From Azolla caroliniana (taxonomy: Eukaryota > Plantae > Polypodiophyta), in contig JBHGNT010000007.1 of NCBI GenBank assembly GCA_043228905.1, positions 13,640,001 through 13,704,000 on the forward strand: DNA of 64,000 nt. Direction: 5' to 3'. The translations under genes were made by a program, and so were the position numbers. Shown here piece after piece: positions 40,705-52,012 of this stretch. Position 1 is the stretch's first letter. Each line of letters starts with the position of its first letter. The notes beneath the pieces are model-generated. The model was not told the DNA's origin. It ran no database searches and saw only the letters and a program-made list of their open reading frames with translations.

Positions 40705-41231
40705 TGTTGTTCGGTCGACAATAACTATTGTCGACATAGTATAGGATGAACGTTGCTCACCAAATGTTCTATCAATGAATTGTGGTTTAGACGAATAGAT
40801 ACTAAAATGGTTGTAAACTTATCGATGTTCAGTAGGCATCGAGATTGCTATTTACGTAATAAGTTATAACAGAAAGGAAATAGATTGACAATGTGTTTCA
40901 TACACAGAGATTTCCTAAACTAACTTTATATTACTAAATAAAATGATGTCTCTTTACACTGCCTTCGGTTCCTTTTATAGGCAACCAGAAGGACTTCCTC
41001 ATCAAGAAAACATATTGCCAAACATGGCAAGAACTACAAAATCTTTAACTAACCTATAATTTCAATTTTACTTCGGCCATATGCTAACTCATCAATCCTC
41101 TATACCGATCCGAATCTGACTCCGACTCCGAACCTTCTTCATTTCCGATTCCAACACTTCCCCACTTGTCCAGGTAACACTTGGCACGTCCGTGGGCCAG
41201 GGCTTTGTCCGACGAACTCCATGGTATCCTT

Positions 41232-44200
41232 CTATTCCTGTTGTTCCCAAGGAAGGTCCTCATCTAATTCATCCTCTACGTCATCTTGCAGAATATCGAA
41301 CAATGAAGGTCCGGGTTGCTGCATGTCTTCTTTGTCTTTGTCTTCGGATTCTTTAAACGTGTTTGTATTTGTGGTCGACGGTCTTGGTTTCTCTGTTGCT
41401 GGCGCTTCAAGTGTTGGGGTCTGATCTCACCTTTCGGATTGAAGGTTATCTAGCTGGACAGCTATGTTGACATCATGTTTGTCGAATTCTTGCATAATTT
41501 GACTAACTTCCTCTCGGTGACACGCTGCTATTGTTGGGAAACAGGTCCCTCCGGATGGGAAGGGAGAAGAACAGTGCCGACGAACAAACTTGGCCGAGGC
41601 CGACAGGCCTCGGTATGAACCGGATGAGGAGTACCCGGCTACGGAGAGCCGGATGGTGCAAGCCCGGTATGAACCGGATGAGGAGTACTCGGCTACGGAG
41701 AGCCGGATGGTGCAGGCCTGGTATGAACCAGATGGGGAGTACCCGGCTACGGAGATCCGGATGGTGCAGGCTCGGTATGAACCGGATGAGGAGTACCCGG
41801 CTACGGAGAGCCGGATGGTGCAGGCCCGGTATGAACCGGATGAGGAATACCCGGCTACGGAGAGCCGGATGGTGCAGGCCCGGTATGAACCGGAGGAAGA
41901 GACATATTTGTAAATATGTTTCTGAGAGCCCATCGAGGCTATATTTGTAAATAGCCGAAAAGTCATATTAGTATAAATATGACTTAGGGCAAACTTTTAA
42001 GTATGATTATTCTTCCTTGTTGGTGCAAGAAGAAGAGTGAGAGCACATAATAGTGTACAGAGAGAGTGAGAGAGAGAAAGAGGTCATTGCCTCTGTTGTA
42101 ACCGCCGCCTGTGGCGAAGATCGTGAGACCGAGGTTGTTGCCTCCGTGTACTCACTGTTTTGTACATTCATACATAGTGACAGTTTGCAGCCTGTGGGCT
42201 GCCGTGGTTTTTCCCCTAGTTTGGGGTTTTCCACGTTAACCTCTTGTGTACCATTTCTCCTCTGTGTCGTGTTCTATTTCCTGTTTTTTTTGTGTATGAA
42301 AAGAATCTCGGTTGTGGCCGAGTCTTGCGCATAAGGAACGACAAGTTCCCGTCAGCTATCTCATCTATTTCATCCTCTACGTCATCCTGCAGAATATCGA
42401 ACAATGAAGGTCCAGGTTGCTGCATGTCTTCTTCGTCTTCGTCTTCGGATTTTGTAAACGAGTTTGTATCTGCGGTTGACGATCTTGGTTTCTCTGTTGC
42501 TAGCGCTTCAAGTTTTGGGGTCTGATCTCGCCTTTCGGATTCAAGGTTATCTAGCTGGTCAACTGTGTCGACATCATGTTTGTCGAATTCTTGCATAATT
42601 TGACTAAATTCCTCTTGGTGACACGCTGCTATCTCATACAAGTCTTTAGCAATATCCTCCTGAACGGTTGATATTGCTTCTTCTGTCATTTTGAAGAAAC
42701 CTTGGCCGTGAGACTTCCTATTGTATCTGTCAGCCTGTCACAACTGAAGTTCGACTACTTGTGCTGACCAGGTTTTCCAGGCCTTATCAATGGACTCATT
42801 CACCATTTTCAAGGTGTTAAGTTTATGGCGTCTTAGGATATCTTGAATTCTTTCCTCGGTTATACTTGCCTGAAACTGTGTTGCGGCCAATGTTCTTTGT
42901 AAATCATCAATTTGAGCATTATTTTCTACTTCTGTCTGCAACAACTTGTTTTGCGCGAGTAATAGGTCAAGTCGCCTTTTTTCCGACACAGCTTCCACTT
43001 CTGAACACCGTCTTTCCAGAGTTGCCCTAGCTGATTCCCATTCTTCCTGCTGTTTATTATATTTTTCGTTGATTTTGTTCAGCAAGGTGTCCTTTCCGAC
43101 CATCTCTTCTGCAAAATATTCTATTTGTACATTTACATACTCTTCAAGCTCCTCCACTTGTTCAGTCAGTGTTTTGGCGCGTGGCTTCTTGTTGCTGTGC
43201 TAACTTTCGGCGCAGTTGTTGAATTAATTCGTCCTTTGCATCAAGCAATTTTCCGATTTTCGTCTTTGCCAATTGTATCCTATCCTCCAGTTTCTTGGAT
43301 CGGATTTCGGCTTTTTCGGCTCTGGCTTCCGCCGCCTTGAATGCTGCTTCTACCTATTGTAGCTTTTGTTGCCATTCTTGATCAGCCTCTAATGGTCTGT
43401 TGGATTCCTTCTGCAACAGTTCTTCCCTTGTTTCTGTAGTTGTTCTTCAGCTTGTTGGAGTTGTTCCGTCAACTGCAGGTTTTCGGCTTTCATGTTTGTA
43501 CATTGTGTGTTTAGTACTTCCGATGCCGCTGATGATTTTTTGTATAAATCAGCCATATCTTTGGTTGCTCAGCTGGCCTTTTCATATTTTCGATGTACTT
43601 CCACCAGGGCCTCATGTAATGGTAGCATCTGGATAGCTTCGCCTTTATTTCTCGCACAATGCTGTCTGCCGATTCGATCCAATTCTTGTTGTTCTTCCAG
43701 GTTGACAACTCCACTCAATGACTTTTGGATCATTATCTGATCCTGGTGTTACTGTGCCATTCTCTCCGATACCTCCTATAATCTTTGTGCTAACCATTCT
43801 ACTAGCTCGTATGATGTGCCAAATTGTAGAATAGCTGCTAGTTCATGTGCTGCTAGAGGAATGTCGGCAAAGCCTACTAATGCTTCTCGCACTGTTGTTA
43901 TTGACGATTGCCCTTTTTGAACTTTGATCGTGTCATTAGGATTGACACGAGGTATTTGTGCACTCTGTGCAGCTTGATCATCGCGTCTTTGTTTCTTCTA
44001 TGCAGGTTCCTCCTGCTGAGGCTGAAAAAATCGTTGGGATTTTTGTTTCATCCTTCTTGGTTGTTGTGTCGACTGCTCAGCTCCAACCACTGTTGATTTT
44101 TGTTGTGCTTTTGACTGCAGTGGTGTAGTATTCCTAGGGTCTGATTGTTGTCCACATTCTAACTGCGTGGTCGGTTGTTTTTGAGGTTGTGGTGAGGCCG

Positions 44201-44850
44201 GTTGCTGTTCAGGTTCTGATTGAGTGGTGTCGATATGCGTTGAGTCTTCTTCCTGCCACTCTTCTCGTTGCACTTGTCTTCGGGGTCGGGGTGCTTGTGG
44301 CCGTGGCGGCCTTTGTTCTGGCGGTTGGCTTTCCGATCTTTGAGACGGAAACAATACTGACAACCATCGAGCAAATATCGGTTTTATGGGTATCCCTTGC
44401 TGCACCCCATACAGTTGCTCTCGTAGAGCGTCTGCTGACAACAACACCCAATCAAAAATTCACCCTCATATGTGGCGATTATGAATCCAGCCCGCTTCTT
44501 GGGCATACAATAAAACCTGGGATTGACCAACCCTACTTCCAACAAAAATTTTGCAACTTCATGAAAAAATTCATCTACGCCGCCTTGCGTTTGAAAAGCC
44601 TTCACAGAGGGAGAATATTCCCCAAAATGAGACCTGAGCACATCCTTGTCCATTTTCTAGACAACATCCAAACCTTCTCTTTTTATTCCAAAACAGAACG
44701 TACCTTTTTATTGGTGATTTTGGATACGTCGATTTGCTGCAGAATTTCTGTAGCATGAGGGTGTGGTTCTGCCTCTACAACTTTGATGAACCCTTGCAAA
44801 TTTTTGTTGGCGAGCCACTGTCGCATGTTGTCAGAAACATAAATCGCCAT
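41232..44850 (-). pseudogene. Disrupted extra ORF (about 930 codons) downstream of pol: globular N-terminus, Q/P-rich linker, coiled coil, acidic repeated tail
   Basis: ORF pieces 44683-45024, 44384-44653, 43998-44447, 43511-43714, 42738-43157 and 42216-42689 are collinear and in the same sense as pol. The start MAIYVSDNM at 44850 is assumed. Confidence 0.7.
41532..42354 (+). mobile_element. Solo copia LTR with 54-bp tandem array (41611-41895)
   Basis: TGTTGGGAAAC...CCCGTCA with perfect TSD GCTAT; homologous to LTR 61421-62182. Confidence 0.93.
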
Positions 44851-47800
44851 ATTCTCTTCGTCGACTGATGATTCGAAGTTCTGTGTTGGAGATAAATCAG
44901 AGCAGAGTTTTAGGTTAGAGCGAGAGAGAGCAGAAGCAGAAAATCTTTCAACACGTATACGCTTCTCTTTCTGTGGTGAAACAGACTTTGCAGAACTAGG
45001 TTTTAAGGAAATAGCGCATTGCATGATGCCTAGGGAATAGAAAAAATACTATTAATGAAAAAGTTAAGAATAGCAATAATGAGTGTGAGTTGCATGTCTC
45101 CACTAGTCCTTTACTTATAGTCTGTCAAACTAAGTCTTTTCCAAGATTTTCCTTTTGACAGTTAGTTGTTTTGGCCAAGATTTTCTATAGTTAGTTAGTT
45201 GTTTTTGTGTGTGTGTGTAACGTATGCCACCTTACTTTGCATTAATTTCGAGTTGAAATGGGTTTCCCGGCATTGGCCCGTGATACGGTTTAAGCTGGAA
45301 ACCATTTACCCATTTTGGTAAAATGTCGCTTGATAATGTACCCACTTGATACGTCCCATTCTTGCTATTGACAATCCACACTAGTCCTGTCCACCGAAAT
45401 CGTAATTTTCCCGACATTGCCCCATCTTAGTTTGGAATACTAGTACCGGTTTGCCAATTTCGAGATGTATTTCATTCTGACGTCTGTAACGATTTACAAA
45501 TGCCTTTGTTTGTCTTTGCTTGTGTTCCAAAGCTGACATGGCCTGTATTGTTTCTTCCTCGAATAGTAATAAGGCTTCTTTCCGAATTTGTTCCGACTGC
45601 ACTTTATTTAATTTTTCAGTTGCTTGTATTCGGAGTGTCGGAATTTGAAATTCTATTGGCATTACGACTTCTAATCCGAAAGCCATTTGGAAAGGAGTTG
45701 ATTTAATAGATGTCTTATAAGACGTCTGATATGCCCATAAAGCACTGTGAAGCTTTTGATCCCAATCTCTACGATTTTCATTGACTATCTTTTTTAGTGT
45801 TGTCTACAACGTTTTATTTGTCGATTCTGCTAATCCATTTGCTTGTGGATAGTGAGGAGTGCTCTTTTTATGAACCACCACGTAATATGTGGATAACTCA
45901 TGTACAATTTTATTAATAAAATGTATACCTTGATCGCTTACTAATTCTATCGGACACCCAAATCGACACCATATATTTTCATACAAATTTTTTGATGTTG
46001 ATGCTGCCGTATTGTCCTTGAGAGGTTTAGCTTCTACCCACTTTGTATAGTAATCTGTGACCGACAAAATACAATCCCCATTTTGAAATGGTTCCAATGC
46101 AAAACAAGTTGGAAAGGCATTCTGTCCTTTTCTGTGGGTTGCCCCAGTCTTTGACATAAATCACATTTTCGACAATAGTCCACTGCATCTTTCATTACTA
46201 TCGGCCACCATAGGCCACTGTTCCATATTTTTCGGGCTGTAGTTTCTTCGGCATAATGACCACTTGCAATACCACAATGAGATTCTCGCAGAATTATCGA
46301 TTTCTCAAATTTTCATTCTGTCCTTCTCCAAATTCCGTCTGCACCTTTATGATAGAGAGTATCATTCAAAAAACAGAAATTCTGACTACGAACAACTAAC
46401 CTTTTCCTTTCATCCGCCGATAGACGCTCGGGTGGTAACCCTGTCGTAAGAAAGATTGTCATCTCAGAGATCCAAGCATCCTTGCCTTCCTCATTTATTT
46501 CTTGTACCCATACTACTTCCACTCGTAAGAGTTGGCCATCTGGAAAATCATCTGGCACACCTATACCTTCTTCTCCCGACCCTAGTCGGCTAAGATAATC
46601 AGCAATCGCATGCTGTGCTCCTGGCCGATGTAAAATGTCAAACTCGAATTCTTGCAGTAATAATGTCCATCGTGCTAGCTTACCGGTTAATTCTTGTTTA
46701 GAGACCAAATAGAGAAGACCAGAATGATGGACATGGAATGTAAATTTCTTGCCCAAAAGGTAGTGGCGAAATTTATTGATACTATAAATCATTCCTAACG
46801 CTTCCCTCTCGGTTGTTTTCTTGCTGTCGAGAGTTTCCGACTAGCGTAATACACTAGTCTATACCAGTTTGGTTCGGATAACTGCATGAGTGCACTGCTG
46901 ATTGCTATATTAGATACATCAACGAACACATGGAAGGATTTATTCCAGTCAGGTGGTTGAACCACGGGAACTTTAGATAGCATTTTCTTGAGACACTCAT
47001 ACGCGTCCTGTTCTACACTTGTCCATTGAAAAAGAACTATATGCATCGCTGTGTGTAGAGGAATGGCCACATCCGCAAGATATCTAATCATCCTGCTATG
47101 CCATCTAATCTGCCCCAAGAACCGACTAAGGCCCTTAGCGTTTGTAGGTGGTGGTGCTTCTAATATGGTCCTGACCTGATCTGGGTCAACTGCAATTCCT
47201 TCTTGGCCGACAATATGGCCTAATAGTGTCCCACTAGTAACTCTGAACGCGCATTTTGCGGGATTCAAACTGAGCCGACCTTTTTGACATTGCTCCAAAC
47301 ATATTTGTAAATGTTCGAAATGTTCCACTTTTCGACTATACACGGCAAAATAATCTAGGAAAACTTGCATAAATGCGGGAATGTATTCCGCAAAGATTTC
47401 CTATATAACCCTTTGAAATGTGGCCGGAGCTGTTTTTAATCCGAACATCATTACTACTGCTACAAATACTCCCCATTCAATAACGAAGGTTGTCTTCTCT
47501 TGATCCTCCGGATGCATCCTTACTTGATTATATCCACTAAATCCATCCAGGAAACTATACATTTCATGACCAGCGACTACATCTAAAATCCCATCCGTAA
47601 ACGATAATGGAAATGCGTCCGTTACTGTTGCTACATTTAGTTTCTGATAGTCGACACATACTCGAATTTTTCCATTCTTTTTCGGAACAACTACAATCGG
47701 ACTTAGCCATGTAGCTTTTTTTACCAGTCGAATAAACGCTACTTTCAGGAGTTTATCTATTTCCTCTTTAACTTTAATTGCATGATTAGGATTTAAACGA

Positions 47801-50800
47801 TACCTACATTGTTGAACCGGTTTCGCATCTTTCTATAAGTTAATTTGGTGTTGACAGAAAGCCAAATCTAGCCCTTTCATGTCTTCAAAAGACCACGCAA
47901 AAACATTTTTATATTGCTTTAGTAAGCCAAGTAACCTTTGTTTATCCGCGACGCTCATATCTTTAGCCACCAACACTGTTTTTGGTTCACACTCATCATC
48001 TTCTGCCAAATTTACTTCCTCCAATGCCGAAGCTTGAACCCGTTGAGATACCTTCATTTCTCTTTCGGTAGCTTCTTGCGGCATTCGGATTTCCTTCATT
48101 GTTTGCTCATCTAATGGTAATTCCTCTTGTGCATCCATGTACGATGTCAGGGTTTGTAATATGTCTACTTCGAACAAAGGGATAGTTTTTGGGTTATCAT
48201 TAAAATAATGATTTTCTTCGACCTCATCTAGTCCTTCCATCATATTTACGGCCTCCACATGAATTGGCAAACATTGTTTGCTCGTCGTAATCTTATTCTG
48301 AGTAGACACCCTGATTTTCGTCTTGCCTTTTTGGAATGTTAATAAATTCTGATTCCAGTTTTGCTTAATATTAGCAGTTTTTAACCATGGTCTACCTAAT
48401 AGCAAAGGATATGCTCCAGGGGCTTCCAAATGAAGCACCACTGCTGATATTTGAAAAGTGTGACCTCTTAATACGACATTCAGCTGCCGCAGCAACCTGA
48501 TTGGTTGTACCGTACTAGTATTAGCCATCCTTAGCCAAAATGGGCATGCTTCCCATTTGGTAATGCCAAGCTTATCACAAGTAGTTCTATTAATTACATT
48601 CACGCTTGAGCCACCATCGACAATAGCACCTTCTATTTCGTGCACATGGATTATTACTTTAATAGAAGGATTTTGCTCATCCATAATTGAACGATTATTA
48701 CTCGACTGATTATAGTGAATGTCTACTTGTTCCGTCCCTTTTTGGGCAATTAACGTCACCACTTTCTCTGTGAACCTAGGAACTAATTTGAGTAACCTTG
48801 TCAAAGGTAATGATACTTGGCAATCCGCCAAGATTTTCCAAGTTTCTTCTTGTTTTGGTACGGCCATAACTCCAGGCAATTCATTAGCTTGATTAATCTC
48901 ATTTTCTTGAAGCACTCAAGACACATTGTTTTTATTTGCTTCTTCTACCCATTCCTTGGCTGCTTTCCGAACAACTTCCTGAATTTCCCACTCTGATTGT
49001 TTACTTTTACTTTTGGTGGTCACTTGCTGAATTTCCGGCATGACCATATGCACAGCCGGTGTTTTTCCTTTTCCTTTAGATGGACATTGATTTGCATAAT
49101 GGCCCTCCTGCATAATGTTCCACTCTCTTCGCCTCGCGCAAACTGATGATTTCCATCTTCATTAGAGTCTGAGGTTTGTTGAAATTGTCGTGACGCTTTT
49201 TGCTTATAGAATTTTTTATTCTTATAGAGATTTTGTTTAAACTGTCCTCCATTGTTTTGTTGATAGTCGTTATCTTGTGCCGCCGAAAAATCTTGATTCT
49301 GTTGATAATTATTTTGTCGAGCGGTTTCTTGGTACCCATTATTGAATATTTGTCGGTTATTCTCGTACCCATTTTCCGGAAAAAATTACCATACCGGTGT
49401 CGTTGTTTTGTTAAGAAGATTATATTCACATTGCTCGACCGAATGAAGTTTAGAATGATATATTGTGCAATGTGTTCGCAAACTACATTCTATTGCCGAA
49501 TGCCCAGTATTCAAACAAGTCGTACATTGAATTGCTTGCCGAAACTGCAACTCCTCCCGAGTTGGCGACGTATGATGTAATGCCGACATATCCATACTCT
49601 TTATATTTTTCGGATTCCGGCCCATAGTGATTGCTTTATCAATCACTTGCTTGATCGTCTGATTCCGGAAATCGAACACTACCAATGTTCGCAATGGTTC
49701 ACGAATTGCATCAAGGAATACATCCTTCAATTCATTGTTCGGAATAGGCCTGGAAATTTGGAGTTGTCAATTCTGAAAACGGATGACAAATTGAGACACC
49801 GTTTCATGTGGCTCTTGATACAACGCATAAAATTGCGCTATCAGATCCTTTTGAGGAATCTGACGATGAAATAATTGGAGAAATTTGGTATTTAACTGTT
49901 CAAATGTTTTGAACGCACAGAAACCATTTTGCGCAAACCAATTAGCGGACTGACCATCTAATGACAAAACAAACTTAACAATTTTAGATTTATCTTCGGC
50001 TATTGCACTGTTGTTGTCAAGAAATCCCTAACATGCGCTTTTGCATCAACACCTTCCCGAAATTTAGAATACGGGTAAGGCATATTGTCTTCACTCTAGA
50101 TATCGTAAAATGCTATCTCCTCCTCCTGATTCTCGTCTGACTAACAATCAGTTAAATCAGGGAGCGCAGACCACCTTCTACTTGTTTCTGGGTGTAACTC
50201 TACAACTGAATCTTTTTCTAGTATCTTCGTAATCGGACGTGTACGAGGACGTTTACAGTTGATTGGTGTATCTGGACCAGAAGACATCAATTCAACTTGT
50301 TCTCTGCTAGCTACAGATGTAACTGGGTGTGCCAAAATTATACTGTGTTGTTTGGTCCACAATAACTATTGTCGACACAGTATAGGACGAACGTTGCTCA
50401 CCAAATGTTCTATCAATGAATTGTGGTTTAGACGAATAGATACTACACTGGTTGTAAACTTATCAATGTTCAGTAGGCATCGAGATCGCTATTTACGTAA
50501 TAAGTTATAATAGAAAGGAAATAGATTGACAGAGCGTTTTGTACATAGAGATTTCCTAAACTAACTTTATATTACTAAATAAAACGATGTCTATTTACAC
50601 TGCCTTCGGTTCCTTTTATAGGCAACCAGAAGGACTTCCTCATCAAGAAAACATATTGCCAAACATGGCAAGAACTACAAAATCTTTCACTAACTTATAA
50701 TTTCAATTTTACTTCGGCCATATACTGACTCATCAAAACATGATCTGCTCGATTGAAACTTGAAGGCCCCTGCGGGTGAATTTCGGAAGAGGGGGAATGA

Positions 50801-51948
50801 AGAAATCTATGGAAGATGTTGACGGACTCATGTGGATGCGATGCACAATGCTGCAACGACCAGAATAAGAGTCAGGAAAGACAAAAATGAAGCTGCGAAA
50901 GGGGGAGCAAAATTTTGGTCTTCCGTTCTCGAGTATGAGAAGATGGGGAAGGTCACATCGAATGAGGTAGAGCTTGCGGACCGAAGCGTGCGAAGCATAA
51001 CCGGGTCGTCGGATCTGGTGGATGACAACACCATACTCGCGGAAGTGATGTGCGACAACCACGAGGTGTTCGTCAAAGAAAAGAGAAAAAGAATAGAAGA
51101 ACAAGACCCATCAAAAAGACATGAAACAAGGAACGCAAAAAAGAAAGAAGATGCCGAAACAAGTCGAAGAAACGGTTCGGCCCGTGAAGATTGGTGTTGA
51201 AGACCCCACTCGAAAGACAAGGACTATGCCTACTTATAAGCTAAGGTCGGACATAGAGCAGATGACAGACCTGAAGAAGATTCTCGAGGAATGCGTTCTT
51301 GATAGCCAGGTGACTTTGTCCTTAAGGGTACTACTCAGCATTACGAAGGAGTTCCACGACACGATCGTGGACCTTGTAAAGAGAAAAAGGCAACAATCAG
51401 ATGAAGAAGAAGAGAAGCCACTAAAAGCGAAAGCAAATGCCATAACGATGGTAAGAGACGAAGTTGATGAAGAAATGGTGGACAACTACTATACTCGATC
51501 TCATTTGGCACGAGCAACAACAGAAACGCCTGTGAAGATCGGGGATAAGAAAGAGACCGTGGTAGCCTTGACCGACCACGGCTCGAAGATCAACCTCATG
51601 TCAACTGACTTCTACAAAAAAGGAAGATGGCCAATAAATACAAATCACGGATGGAAGATTCGCGCAGCATCCAGCGACGGCGGAGGACTTGTACGGAGCT
51701 TGTCCCAATGTTAAAGTTGCAATCGAGGATGTGGAGATGGATCAACACTTCTTCGTGCAAGAATTGGTGTCGCATCCTATCATCCTAGGACAACCGTATA
51801 TCACATCATCTCGGATGGAAACCAAAGTGTTCGACAATGGTGCGGCATTTGCTCAAATAAAGAGTCTTTACAACAAAAGATCTGTTCAATTCCTAATGGT
51901 GCAAGCTAATCATGAAAGAAATCGAGATAGTCTTGGAGGCGAATCCTC

Positions 51949-52012
51949 GGATTTTTAGAACGGACTATTGGAGCATGGGGCACAAATAGTCTGAGCAATC
52001 ACAAGTCTCCAC
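51949..52012 (+). promoter_or_regulatory. Predicted -1 programmed ribosomal frameshift signal
   Basis: G GAT TTT TAG, 6-nt spacer, stem 51962-51969/51985-51992. The -1 frame is the frame of pol ORF 52129. The cassette is conserved at 11157-11092 (-). Confidence 0.75.

Larger units (their letters stand above)
40705..50736 (-). mobile_element. Near-complete Athila/Tat-like (non-chromovirus) Ty3/gypsy element with extra 3' ORF
   Basis: Direct LTRs 50346-50736 (truncated) and 40705-41179; PBS TGGCACACCCAGT (50334-50322); gag with CCHC; PR AIVDGGSSVN; RT WLSPIVVVPKKNGKIRVCVDY...FLDGFSGYNQ; RNase H; INT HYPQANGLAES...KWVNGFQLKPY ending at 45232. Many disablements. Confidence 0.93.

Noticed and set aside
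41590-41913. ORF with an 18-aa repeat RYEPDEEYPATESRMVQA
   Set aside because: It is a by-product of a 54-bp LTR array; the sister LTR uses a 40-bp unit that breaks the frame.
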